DNA of 64,000 bases, taken from sequence record DRR378314_251; one strand, given 5' to 3'. The translations under genes were made by a program, and so were the position numbers. Shown piece after piece: positions 1-8,802 of this stretch (positions within the stretch are counted from its first letter, which is position 1; the number at the start of each line of letters is the position of its first letter). A model generated the notes under the pieces. It was not told where the DNA came from. It saw nothing but the letters and a program-made list of their open reading frames with translations, and searched no databases.

Positions 1-1205
1 GAAGCGTCAGAAACATCAGCAAACCGCCCCACAGTCGTAAGCTCAGGTGACTGGCTACTCATTTGGGCTAGCACACCTGAACTCAACATAGCGTCGAGTT
101 TAAGCCACTCGGACCGGGTTCGAAACATGCCTGTTGGAACACCTGCATCACCCAGAATTGTGTCCCATTCCTCTGAGGTTTTTTCCAGAAAAGCGTTTCT
201 TATGAGCTCTGCAAGCCGCGCCTTTCGCTTGTCTGTGAGATTAGCCTGATCGCTGATATTGTTGTCATAGCTTTGTTCCCAACAACCAAAATCGACAAAC
301 CCCTCATTAATTAGGACGTCATAGATCCCAAGCGCTTTCAGGAATTTTGTGTTGAACTTTTGTGCATTGTTGGTCCAATGCAAAATCTGCCTGCCATCTG
401 AGCAATGGTGCGCCCTGTTTGTTGCGAGCATTCCAAATGCATCCCACGTCGCAGCCGTTAGTTTCCGCAACGTTTGCTCTTTTGTATCAGTCGCCGAATA
501 CATTAGATGCTTTAGGTCATCTGGAACGGGCAGTGGGTCATTAACAGCCTCAACTCCAATGCTATGCATCCAAACTTTATAAGTCAGAATCATCATCGTA
601 GCGTCTACCATTGGGATCTCAATGATTGTGCCAGAACCAGTCTGTTCTCTTTTCAAAAGGGCTGCCATAACTGACTGGATGCCAAGCATTCCTCCGTACA
701 TGGAGCATTGCGGGACCCAGGTCACAACAGGCGGGTATCCAAACCTCTCTCGAAAGACACTCGTCTCGCGGTACAAACATGACGCTGCCCCCATTACCCC
801 TTCCCAAGCCTGGATATGGGATCGTTGTTTGTCGGTGGACGCAAACCCCGGCAAAGAAAGATAAACCAGTCCCGGATTTAGTGTTTTGACTGACGCATAG
901 TCCAACCCCAATCGCTTCATCACACCGGGACGAAAATTTTCAATCAATACATCCGCTGATTTGATGAGCCTAAGCGCCTGTGCTTTGCCCTCTTCCGATT
1001 TAAGATCAATTTTGACTATCTTCTTGTTCCGGTTAAACACTCGAAACTGTTGACTGGGGAGTTCTTCACCGCCTGGCTTGAGCACCCGAATAACTTCCGC
1101 CCCCTGATCTGCGAGAAGCATTCCCGTCAAAGGGCCCGCATAATAGTGCCCAAAGTCCACGACCTTGATTTCCGATAGTGGACCTGTAGCTCCCTGTTTT
1201 GCCAT
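1..1205 (-). CDS. Class III CoA-transferase (CaiB/BaiF family), 3' end runs off the window
   Basis: Not in the ORF track. Manual translation from ATG 1205 gives MAKQGATGPLSEIKVVDFGHYYAGP...LLADQGAEVI...NRNKK...DLK...ADVLIENFRPGVMKRLGLDY, the standard CaiB/BaiF N-terminal motifs. Confidence 0.9.
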   Translation of the reverse strand, partial: MAKQGATGPLSEIKVVDFGHYYAGPLTGMLLADQGAEVIRVLKPGGEELPSQQFRVFNRNKKIVKIDLKSEEGKAQALRLIKSADVLIENFRPGVMKRLGLDYASVKTLNPGLVYLSLPGFASTDKQRSHIQAWEGVMGAASCLYRETSVFRERFGYPPVVTWVPQCSMYGGMLGIQSVMAALLKREQTGSGTIIEIPMVDATMMILTYKVWMHSIGVEAVNDPLPVPDDLKHLMYSATDTKEQTLRKLTAATWDAFGMLATNRAHHCSDGRQILHWTNNAQKFNTKFLKALGIYDVLINEGFVDFGCWEQSYDNNISDQANLTDKRKARLAELIRNAFLEKTSEEWDTILGDAGVPTGMFRTRSEWLKLDAMLSSGVLAQMSSQSPELTTVGRFADVSDA

Positions 1206-1254
1206 TGATTTCAGTCTCTTCTCTTAGGGGTACAATACCTATTTTAGTTGCCCG

Positions 1255-2874
1255 TTATACGCGCTCTCCGAGCGCGCGTGCACGATCCAAAAGCGATCCT
1301 TCGTCTTGCTCGAACTTAGAAAAAACTCTCAGGGCAAGTCCTGCTCCTGTCGCGCCAATCAGAAGGCTCCACGCCATAGACAAACGCAGCGCCTCTCCGC
1401 TCTCGCGCCCCGCCGCGATATACTGGTCACTTAGGTAGCCGACAAAGTATGGGCCAATCGCACCGCCAATAAATATGACAACCATTGTCGAGAACGCGCT
1501 CGTCGTCGCCCGGCACCGCGGCAATACCAGATCATTCAATGTGGACACGTAGGGGCTCGCCGAGCAGGCCGACAGTGTCAGCATCACAAAATAGACCGCA
1601 AATGCGTGAACTGTGTTTTCGGAAAGCAAAAAGATCCCCGCACAAAGAACCGCGCCAACATGCCCGCCAAACCAGACAAGAATTTTGCCTTTGCGCGTAT
1701 ACTGCCTGAGATAATCAGAAAGCAGACCGCCCGCCAGCATTCCGAAGAAACCAGCCAGCGCCGTACCTACCCCTGTTATCATTCCTACTTGAGAGGCACT
1801 GACGTCGTGAACGCGTTGAAGATAGGGGATCGCCCAGAATGGAAAGGCTATCCCTATAAAGACCATCGGGCCAGCAGCAATGATCATCCGAAGAACCGTT
1901 GGGCACTGGAAGATCATTCCGAATGCGACAGCATCACGAATAGCCAGTCCTTGCATCCATGAGAAAGCAGCATACACGCCTATTCCCAATGCAGTCCATT
2001 GCAGAACGTCTCCGGTAATATGGGTCAGAAAACCACCGATTATTGTGACACTCCCGGCCGCCAGGATATTTACCCAAACTGGCTTTAAAGACCGGCTAAG
2101 GCACCTGAACGTATAGAGATTCAGGCCTGGTATCATACAGGAGAGTGTGAGCAGTGTTTCTGCAATCGGCTGGTCATGACCCTGGTCTCGAACACCGTCC
2201 TGTATCCCGCGGATGGGCTCACGTAACGTATACACCCACAAGGCTAATATCAGTCCGGGTAATCCAACAATCAGAAAAGATGCCTGCCAGCCAGCCAACC
2301 CGAACGGCGACGTCGACTTGTCCGGCCACGCAGAATTCCAGGCATCGACCGTCAACCCACCCAGAACTAGCCCGAGCCCCATGCCGACATATGTTCCACT
2401 GGCGTAAATCGCCAAAACCGTTGTGCGTACTTTTGGCGGAAAATAATCATACAGGATTGAATAGGAAGCAGGTGCCGCACTCGCTTCCCCAATTCCCACG
2501 CCGAAGCGGCACCCTGCCAGCACAAGAAAATTGCGAGCAAAGCCCGAGAGCGCCGTCATCGCACTCCAGAACCCCACGCCAACTGCGATCAGTTTACGCC
2601 GGTCCCATATGTCTGCCAGGCGCCCCAGCGCAACACCAAATGTTGCATAAAAAACAGAAAACGCTGTCCCGAACAGAAAGCCAAGCTGTGCGTCGGTAAT
2701 CCCGAGATCTGCCTTTATATCTTCAGCCAAAATCGCCAGGATCTGGCGATCAACGTAATTGAAAATATAGACAAGCAACAATACAAGCAGCACATAGCGC
2801 GGGTACCATTTGCCCCTGACATGCTCGCTTGCAGCGCGCACACTCGCCTTATCTTCGCAGTTAATCTCAGACAC
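1255..2874 (-). CDS. MFS transporter (spinster-like)
   Basis: Multiple transmembrane segments; NYVDRQIL, GRLADIWDRRK (motif A) and RFGVGIGEAS motifs. Confidence 0.9.
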   Translation of the reverse strand: MSEINCEDKASVRAASEHVRGKWYPRYVLLVLLLVYIFNYVDRQILAILAEDIKADLGITDAQLGFLFGTAFSVFYATFGVALGRLADIWDRRKLIAVGVGFWSAMTALSGFARNFLVLAGCRFGVGIGEASAAPASYSILYDYFPPKVRTTVLAIYASGTYVGMGLGLVLGGLTVDAWNSAWPDKSTSPFGLAGWQASFLIVGLPGLILALWVYTLREPIRGIQDGVRDQGHDQPIAETLLTLSCMIPGLNLYTFRCLSRSLKPVWVNILAAGSVTIIGGFLTHITGDVLQWTALGIGVYAAFSWMQGLAIRDAVAFGMIFQCPTVLRMIIAAGPMVFIGIAFPFWAIPYLQRVHDVSASQVGMITGVGTALAGFFGMLAGGLLSDYLRQYTRKGKILVWFGGHVGAVLCAGIFLLSENTVHAFAVYFVMLTLSACSASPYVSTLNDLVLPRCRATTSAFSTMVVIFIGGAIGPYFVGYLSDQYIAAGRESGEALRLSMAWSLLIGATGAGLALRVFSKFEQDEGSLLDRARALGERV

Positions 2875-3010
2875 ACTCTTTGCCTTTTACTTGCCGGCCC
2901 CTGTGCGATTGGCAAACCGGCACTTACATCACGTCCGCTCTGCTGCTCATTGGCTATCGCAATCACTCTCAACGGATGAAGAGCCACAATACACGCAATT
3001 GTTCGATTTA

Positions 3011-3041
3011 TCTGCGCGCGCCAATAATCAGCGCGCGCAGA
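3011..3041 (-). terminator. GC-rich hairpin downstream of the TonB receptor (terminator or mRNA-stabilising stem)
   Basis: TCTGCGCGCGC-N9-GCGCGCGCAGA, a perfect 11-bp stem 16 nt past the receptor stop. No strong U-tract. Confidence 0.5.
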
Positions 3042-3057
3042 ATAGTCAGATCCTGAA

Positions 3058-5343
3058 CTAATACCTGTAGGTCAGTTTCAAACCATAAGTGCGAGGCGGG
3101 AGAAATGTGCCGACAGCGCTCGGTCCCGAGGCCTCAAACACATGCGTCTTCACGACCTCATCCGTTAGGTTTCTACCGTAAACATCCACCTGCCAATTAT
3201 CATCAGCATTTCTCCAGCTCAGGCGAGCATTCACCAAGGAATAAGAATCGAGCAGGTCGCCGTCCGTAAGGACTCCGGGATCCGCTGGTCGATTGAAGGC
3301 ATTTACCCACCGCTCATCTGTGTAGGAATAGTCAGCCCGCGCACTGAGATCGCCCCAATTGCCCGGCAATGCCCACTCATATTCTGCGCCAAATGCCGCC
3401 TTCCACTCTGGCGCATATGCCAGTGAATTTCCTGAAAGGTCCTGCAATCCTAGCGCCGGGTAAGCGGTATCAAAATTGAAATACTCATCGAAGGTCGCAT
3501 CAAGGTACCCAACCGCCAGGTCGACCTTTAAGGCGTCAGTAATGAGCGCTTCGGCCTCGAGCTCCAAGCCCTTCACTGTCGCAGCTGAGGCATTTGTCAA
3601 CAGAGGCAAGCCTGGCAAACCTGCCACCAAAGTGCGCTGAATATCCTGCTTCTCAGTATAGTCGTAATAGAACGCCGCAAAATTTGCCTGCAGCCGATTA
3701 TCAAACCAGCGGCTCTTCAATCCCAACTCATATGCATCGACATATTCCGGATCATATGAAGCAAGCTGGGTCGTGTTGTAGCCCCCCGCCTTATATCCCC
3801 GCGAATAAGAGGCATATGTCATCATATCGTCGGACACATAGAAGTTAAGGCCCGCCTTGCCGGTAAACTCAGCCCAGCTGTCCTTCTGCCCACCACCCGA
3901 AAATGTATAGGGCGGATCAATCGCAACCCCCACAAGCACACCATCATCCGGGCGCTCGCGCTCATCCCAAGTATGCCTTAAGCCCAATACCAGCTCCAGC
4001 CTTTCCGAAAGGCTGAAATCTACCTGCCCATAGACTGCGTACGACACAGTATCGGTTACCGTGGTCGCGACGATCTCAAACGGCAGATCGCCGGCGTCTA
4101 CCAATGTATCCCCGTTCGTATCAAAAATTGCATCCTGCATGCGCTCAAAAAGATAGTCGGCTTCTTCCGAGTAGTAGTATAGGCCAGCCACCCATTTTAT
4201 AGGACCATCCGCATCAGACAGAAATTGCAGCTCCTGACTGAATGCGTCGCTGCTAAATGTGTAATCGACATCGATATTAACAACATCCGACCCATCAGCG
4301 TCGTCGCGCGTGCGCACCTTGGATGTATCATATGCTGTACGAGAGACGACCTCCACACCCTCCAGGTCCCACGTCAAGTCAAGGGAAAGCCCCGCGGATC
4401 GATCGAGGCCAAACGGCTCGATACTTGTCTTTACCTTGAAGGGATCACTCACCGTCGGATTAACACCAGCCCCATTGACCACCCAGTAATTAGCCCCCCC
4501 GAAGTACGCTGCAGAAGAGGGATAATCGCTCGTCACACGCACAGCATGCGCACCTTTATCCTCAAACCAGTAGCCATTCAAATAGGCCTCCAAATTATCA
4601 GAAAGATCAATTTCTAGCGCACCCCTGACAGACGTATAATGGGAAGAGTCAAGATCCTCACCGCCACTCAAATTCTCGACATAACCATCACGGCGCTCAT
4701 CCGACACGACGAGCCTGCCGCGCACAGCCTCAGAAAGCGGACCACTCAAGACACCCTGCAATAATCTCTTGTCATAATTGCCGATATCCGCGCTGAGTAA
4801 GACCTCCAGGTTCTCAGTAGGTCGCTTGGTGATGATGTTGATGTTACCACCAATGGCATTGCGACCATAAAGCGTCCCCTGAGGCCCGCGCTGCACCTCA
4901 ACCCGCTCAACATCTATCATGTCCCGCAGGACATAAGACGTGAACTGACTATAATGACCGTTCACATGCAATGGCACGCCGGGGTCTCCACCTGCGCTGA
5001 AGTTTTCAGACCCAATGCCCCGCATCGTTATCTTCGCCGTGCCAGCCTGAATATTTTCACTGATCGTCAACCCCGGAACCGTCGCCTGAAGGTCCTGCAC
5101 ACTGACGATACCTCGGGCGTCGAGCTGCTCTGTTGCAAATGCCGAAATCGCAACAGGAACTGTTTGCACATTTTCGGGGCGCTTTTCTCCGGTAACAATC
5201 ACCGTATCAAGCTGGACCTGCGCATCTTCTTCAACGGCAGCCTCTTGCGCAAGTACCGGCAGAGCCACCGCCCCGAGCGCTAAAACTGATGCACTCTTCA
5301 ACAAAAATCGCGCACCACTACGACCTGATTTAAACATTCGCAT
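3058..5343 (-). CDS. TonB-dependent receptor
   Basis: Signal peptide (ALPVLAQ), TonB box DTVIVTG, plug motif ERVEVQRGPQGTLYGRNAIGG, C-terminal aromatic beta-strand (GLKLTYRY). Start placed at ATG 5343 behind GAGGGAGGAG. Confidence 0.92.
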   Translation of the reverse strand: MRMFKSGRSGARFLLKSASVLALGAVALPVLAQEAAVEEDAQVQLDTVIVTGEKRPENVQTVPVAISAFATEQLDARGIVSVQDLQATVPGLTISENIQAGTAKITMRGIGSENFSAGGDPGVPLHVNGHYSQFTSYVLRDMIDVERVEVQRGPQGTLYGRNAIGGNINIITKRPTENLEVLLSADIGNYDKRLLQGVLSGPLSEAVRGRLVVSDERRDGYVENLSGGEDLDSSHYTSVRGALEIDLSDNLEAYLNGYWFEDKGAHAVRVTSDYPSSAAYFGGANYWVVNGAGVNPTVSDPFKVKTSIEPFGLDRSAGLSLDLTWDLEGVEVVSRTAYDTSKVRTRDDADGSDVVNIDVDYTFSSDAFSQELQFLSDADGPIKWVAGLYYYSEEADYLFERMQDAIFDTNGDTLVDAGDLPFEIVATTVTDTVSYAVYGQVDFSLSERLELVLGLRHTWDERERPDDGVLVGVAIDPPYTFSGGGQKDSWAEFTGKAGLNFYVSDDMMTYASYSRGYKAGGYNTTQLASYDPEYVDAYELGLKSRWFDNRLQANFAAFYYDYTEKQDIQRTLVAGLPGLPLLTNASAATVKGLELEAEALITDALKVDLAVGYLDATFDEYFNFDTAYPALGLQDLSGNSLAYAPEWKAAFGAEYEWALPGNWGDLSARADYSYTDERWVNAFNRPADPGVLTDGDLLDSYSLVNARLSWRNADDNWQVDVYGRNLTDEVVKTHVFEASGPSAVGTFLPPRTYGLKLTYRY

Positions 5344-5482
5344 TTCTCCTCCCTCAAGGATATGTCGTTTTTTTCGACCGCCCGCGCTGGCTGATGCCCC
5401 CGCATTTTCATTTTGCGACGATCTCAAAATGAAAATTGCAACGCAGCACTCTTCGTCGCCATGGCCAACACAATACGATCAT

Positions 5483-5498
5483 TTAGCATTGTTGATCA
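5483..5498. promoter_or_regulatory. Conserved 16-bp motif, copy 1 (candidate AraC site)
   Basis: TTAGCATTGTTGATCA, 140 nt upstream of the receptor start; matches copies at 7263 and 8639. Confidence 0.55.
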
Positions 5499-7082
5499 GA
5501 CCTTACCCGGCCCCGTGTCCTCGCTGGAGATCAGGCGTGCTTGCAGGGCATGTTTGGCAATTTTGCTCATGGTCGAACGAGGCAAATCCTCAACAAGGTG
5601 GACTTCCCGCAACACTTTGAAGTCCGCCAGATGCGACTGGCAATGGGCTATGAGCGCCGCCTCAAGGTCCGCCGGAGCACTGCTATTGGGAATGACGAAG
5701 GCGACCGGCACTTCATCCAGCATGTCATGCGGCTTGCCGACAACTGCGCACTCCTCGACCCAGCCTGTTTCCTGGATCACCTGCTCAATTTCGGCGGCGG
5801 CGACATTCTCTCCGCCTATACGAAGCATATCTTTCGCGCGGCCGGCAAAGAACAGGTCGCCATCCTCCCCAATCCGGATCAGATCGCCAGTGTCAAACCA
5901 CCCGGCCGCATCAAAACTCGCAGCAGTCGCTTCAGGGTCACCCAGATATTCCTTGAACAGAGTTACACCGCGATTGCCTCGCAGGTAAAGCCGGCCGGTT
6001 TCTCCGGGATGGCAAAAACTTCCGTCATCCCGCCTGATCTCGATTTCACTTCCCGGCGCGGGCCTGCCTATGTTCAGAATGCCACCCTCATGGAAGGGGT
6101 CGCCGACGATTGGCAGCGATATGGTTTCAGACATGCCCCAATGTCCGCGCATCTTTACCCGGAATTTCTCCTCGTATTCCGGCAAGACCGCGCCATACCA
6201 GAAGCGGAAAGAATGGTCGGGCACCGGCTTGTCCGCGAGCGCCCGCCAGAAGAACATGCCGGGAAGCGATGACCAGGTGGCCTGATATTTCATCGCAACT
6301 TTCCAGAACCGGGACGCAGAAAATTTCTGCTGCAGAACTATTGTACCGCCTGACCACAGCGTGCCCATGAGCTGCACGGAAATTCCGTTATTGTGGAAGA
6401 GCGGCACAACAATCTGGCAAATGTCGTCCGACCTCAAATTATAGGCATAGGACACCTGTTGTCCGGCATAGAGTGAATTCGCGTGGGTCGACAGCACCGC
6501 CTTGGGGCGAGACGTGGTTCCGCTTGTAAACTGCACGCGAAGATCAAGGAACGGCTCGGCAGGCCGATAGTCCAATACTGGTTCGCTCTCGAATATTACT
6601 GCAAAATCCAGGCGCGGGACACCTTTTGGGCCAGTCCCAGCCTCGCCATTGTTGCAGGCAATCCAGGATGCCTCGGCATCGCACGCCTCAAACAAGGGCG
6701 CGAACTCATTCTGCGTGACAATCCCGACGGGTTTGACCAATGAGAGATAGTGATCAAGCTCCGGACCAGCAGACCTGGTATTCCCCAATACCGCGACCGC
6801 CCCGATATAGGCGCAAGCGAAATATGACAGGAGGAGCTCGGGGGCATTCTCCATATGTATGAGCACCCGGTCGCCTTTCCTGACGCCCAATCCGTGAAGC
6901 CCTCCAGCGGCCTTCTGTACGTCAGATGCAAATGCCGCATAGGTCCATTGCCGGTGGTCGCCCTCGTGCGGTGCCCAGATCAGAAACGCTTTATCAGGCG
7001 TCCGATCCGCCCACTGGCGCAGTAGCCAAGGCAGGTCCCGCCCTGCCATCATCAATTCAAAAGACTGCCCGCTCTGCCTCAC
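5496..7082 (-). CDS. AMP-dependent acyl-CoA ligase (CaiC-like)
   Basis: FTSGTTSRPK AMP-binding motif, WGMSET, WFDTGD, GRAKDMLRIGGENV, terminal catalytic Lys in MSKIAK. Confidence 0.9.
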   Translation of the reverse strand: MRQSGQSFELMMAGRDLPWLLRQWADRTPDKAFLIWAPHEGDHRQWTYAAFASDVQKAAGGLHGLGVRKGDRVLIHMENAPELLLSYFACAYIGAVAVLGNTRSAGPELDHYLSLVKPVGIVTQNEFAPLFEACDAEASWIACNNGEAGTGPKGVPRLDFAVIFESEPVLDYRPAEPFLDLRVQFTSGTTSRPKAVLSTHANSLYAGQQVSYAYNLRSDDICQIVVPLFHNNGISVQLMGTLWSGGTIVLQQKFSASRFWKVAMKYQATWSSLPGMFFWRALADKPVPDHSFRFWYGAVLPEYEEKFRVKMRGHWGMSETISLPIVGDPFHEGGILNIGRPAPGSEIEIRRDDGSFCHPGETGRLYLRGNRGVTLFKEYLGDPEATAASFDAAGWFDTGDLIRIGEDGDLFFAGRAKDMLRIGGENVAAAEIEQVIQETGWVEECAVVGKPHDMLDEVPVAFVIPNSSAPADLEAALIAHCQSHLADFKVLREVHLVEDLPRSTMSKIAKHALQARLISSEDTGPGKV

Positions 7083-7262
7083 ATCCTCTCCCTTGCCGAG
7101 CCGGACTCACACCTCAATGCGGATCCGGCGAAGCTTATCTTTTTGAGCAAAGGGACTCGCGCTGCGTATAAATTACGCCAGTCACTTCTGACCCGTTTCA
7201 CTGTTGGGCAGCAGTGTGAAACCAGGGATTGAGCGCCGCCATAGGCGTATCGATCCGGCCTG

Positions 7263-7278
7263 TTAGCATTTTCGATCA
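7263..7278. promoter_or_regulatory. Conserved 16-bp motif, copy 2 (candidate AraC site)
   Basis: TTAGCATTTTCGATCA, 181 nt upstream of the CoA ligase start. Confidence 0.55.
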
Positions 7279-7298
7279 ATCGCCTGAGCGCGAACCCA

Positions 7299-8447
7299 TC
7301 AGTTTGTTCTGTGGCGGGTCAGAAGGCGAGCGGCGCAGGCCGTGATAAGATCCTTGTCGCGCGCATGATCGCTGCGATAGGCTGATGGTGTCATCCCGGT
7401 CCAGCCGATAAAGGCCCGCGTAAAATCACCCGCTTCATTAAACCCGACTTCCTCGGCGATGACCGTGATCGGCATGTCGGTCGTCATCAGATAGGCAACC
7501 GCCATTTCGCAGCGCAGCTGGCCCTTGATGCCAGAGAAATTGGTGCCCTCATCTGCAAGGCGCCGGCGCAGGGTTTGCGGACCAATCGACAACATCGACG
7601 CAACAAGGGATATGGTCGGGGTCCAGACACCATCACGCTGTAGACTGATCAGTGCTTGCTCAGTCTGTCGTGACCAGCTGACACCCTGCCCCGGCACAAC
7701 AAACCAATCGGAATGATTGGCTGTATAGTCGAGGTTCTCCGCTTCATTCTTCCGCACAACCGGCGCCAGAAGATATTTGCGGTCAAAAGTGATAGCATAG
7801 TGCGGTTGGTTGAAACGCAGCTCGCAATCGAAAATCCCATAGCGGCGCATGACTGCAAGGTCGGTCGGTTCCGGGCCTTCGAAATCGACATTGGAGAGGA
7901 CGATGCGCCGGCCGATCAGCCAGCTCGAATAGCGCAGCACACTCATCAATCGGTGCCAGTGATAGAATTCCCGGTCGAGTTCGGGAAGCGTTTGATAATC
8001 AACGACCAGAGTGAACGAGCGGGACGGCACATCGTCGATATAGTCGTAACGAATGTCGTTTCGCGCCGCCTCCCGGAACTGCGTTGCCGTCCGCAGCGAT
8101 TCTCCGAAGCTTGTGCACTGGCACCGCAATGTCATCAGGACGCGCTCCATGGCGAGCTTGGCGGGCGTTGCGGTAAATCCCATATAGAGGTCGTTCAGCT
8201 CGCCCTGAAGAACGTGGAGCAAACGATGAAACTGGCGCCCGTCGACCTGGAGCTCTGGATCTGAATAGTCGCTCTGCCGCATCCCGGCTTTCTTCATGAT
8301 CGCGGCTGGATCATGCCCCAGCAGGACCGCCCCTTTCAAAAGCGCATGAATTTCCGATTGCCCAATCGTGACGGGCGCCGCCTCTGCCAGCCGGCGCTCA
8401 ATGTCAGACACACGTCCCTCTTTAGCCGGCGGCAGACCATCCGCCAT
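7299..8447 (-). CDS. AraC-family transcriptional regulator
   Basis: C-terminal double HTH (QTLRRRLADEGTNF...IAEEVGFNEAGDFTRAFIGWTGMTPSAYR). RBS GGGAGG precedes ATG 8447. Confidence 0.92.
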   Translation of the reverse strand: MADGLPPAKEGRVSDIERRLAEAAPVTIGQSEIHALLKGAVLLGHDPAAIMKKAGMRQSDYSDPELQVDGRQFHRLLHVLQGELNDLYMGFTATPAKLAMERVLMTLRCQCTSFGESLRTATQFREAARNDIRYDYIDDVPSRSFTLVVDYQTLPELDREFYHWHRLMSVLRYSSWLIGRRIVLSNVDFEGPEPTDLAVMRRYGIFDCELRFNQPHYAITFDRKYLLAPVVRKNEAENLDYTANHSDWFVVPGQGVSWSRQTEQALISLQRDGVWTPTISLVASMLSIGPQTLRRRLADEGTNFSGIKGQLRCEMAVAYLMTTDMPITVIAEEVGFNEAGDFTRAFIGWTGMTPSAYRSDHARDKDLITACAARLLTRHRTN

Positions 8448-8638
8448 GAACACCTCCCTGATCGACCCGCCTAAACACCAGGTCGAACCGTATCTGCACC
8501 TCGTCTTGTCCAGTTCTGCGAGGCTGATTGCAGCGCATCCTGATTTTATTCAGAATTTTAACACAGGACGCGACGCATGGTTTCCCAAAACAGATGACCA
8601 TTTATGCCAATTGGCCATAGCATAATCGGCAACACTAT

Positions 8639-8654
8639 TTAGCATTTTTGATCA
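8639..8654. promoter_or_regulatory. Conserved 16-bp motif, copy 3 (candidate AraC site)
   Basis: TTAGCATTTTTGATCA, 192 nt upstream of the AraC start. A weaker inverted copy lies at 8595-8610. Confidence 0.55.
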
Positions 8655-8802
8655 CCTCAGCCTGCAAGTCCACAAATGAACAATGGTTGAGGGGGCTCAG
8701 CTCAGTTACTTTGTTGATGCATGAGCAATCGTACTGACGCGTTGGCTTAGCCCCCACCCAACGGTGAGTACCTTTAAATTCTCGTGATCGAACCGGAATC
8801 CT

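Noticed and set aside
8691-8755. Imperfect inverted repeat GGGGGCTCAGC...GCTTAGCCCCC as a MITE or IS end
   Set aside because: Short, single copy, no target duplication or transposase; it may just be a terminator-region stem.
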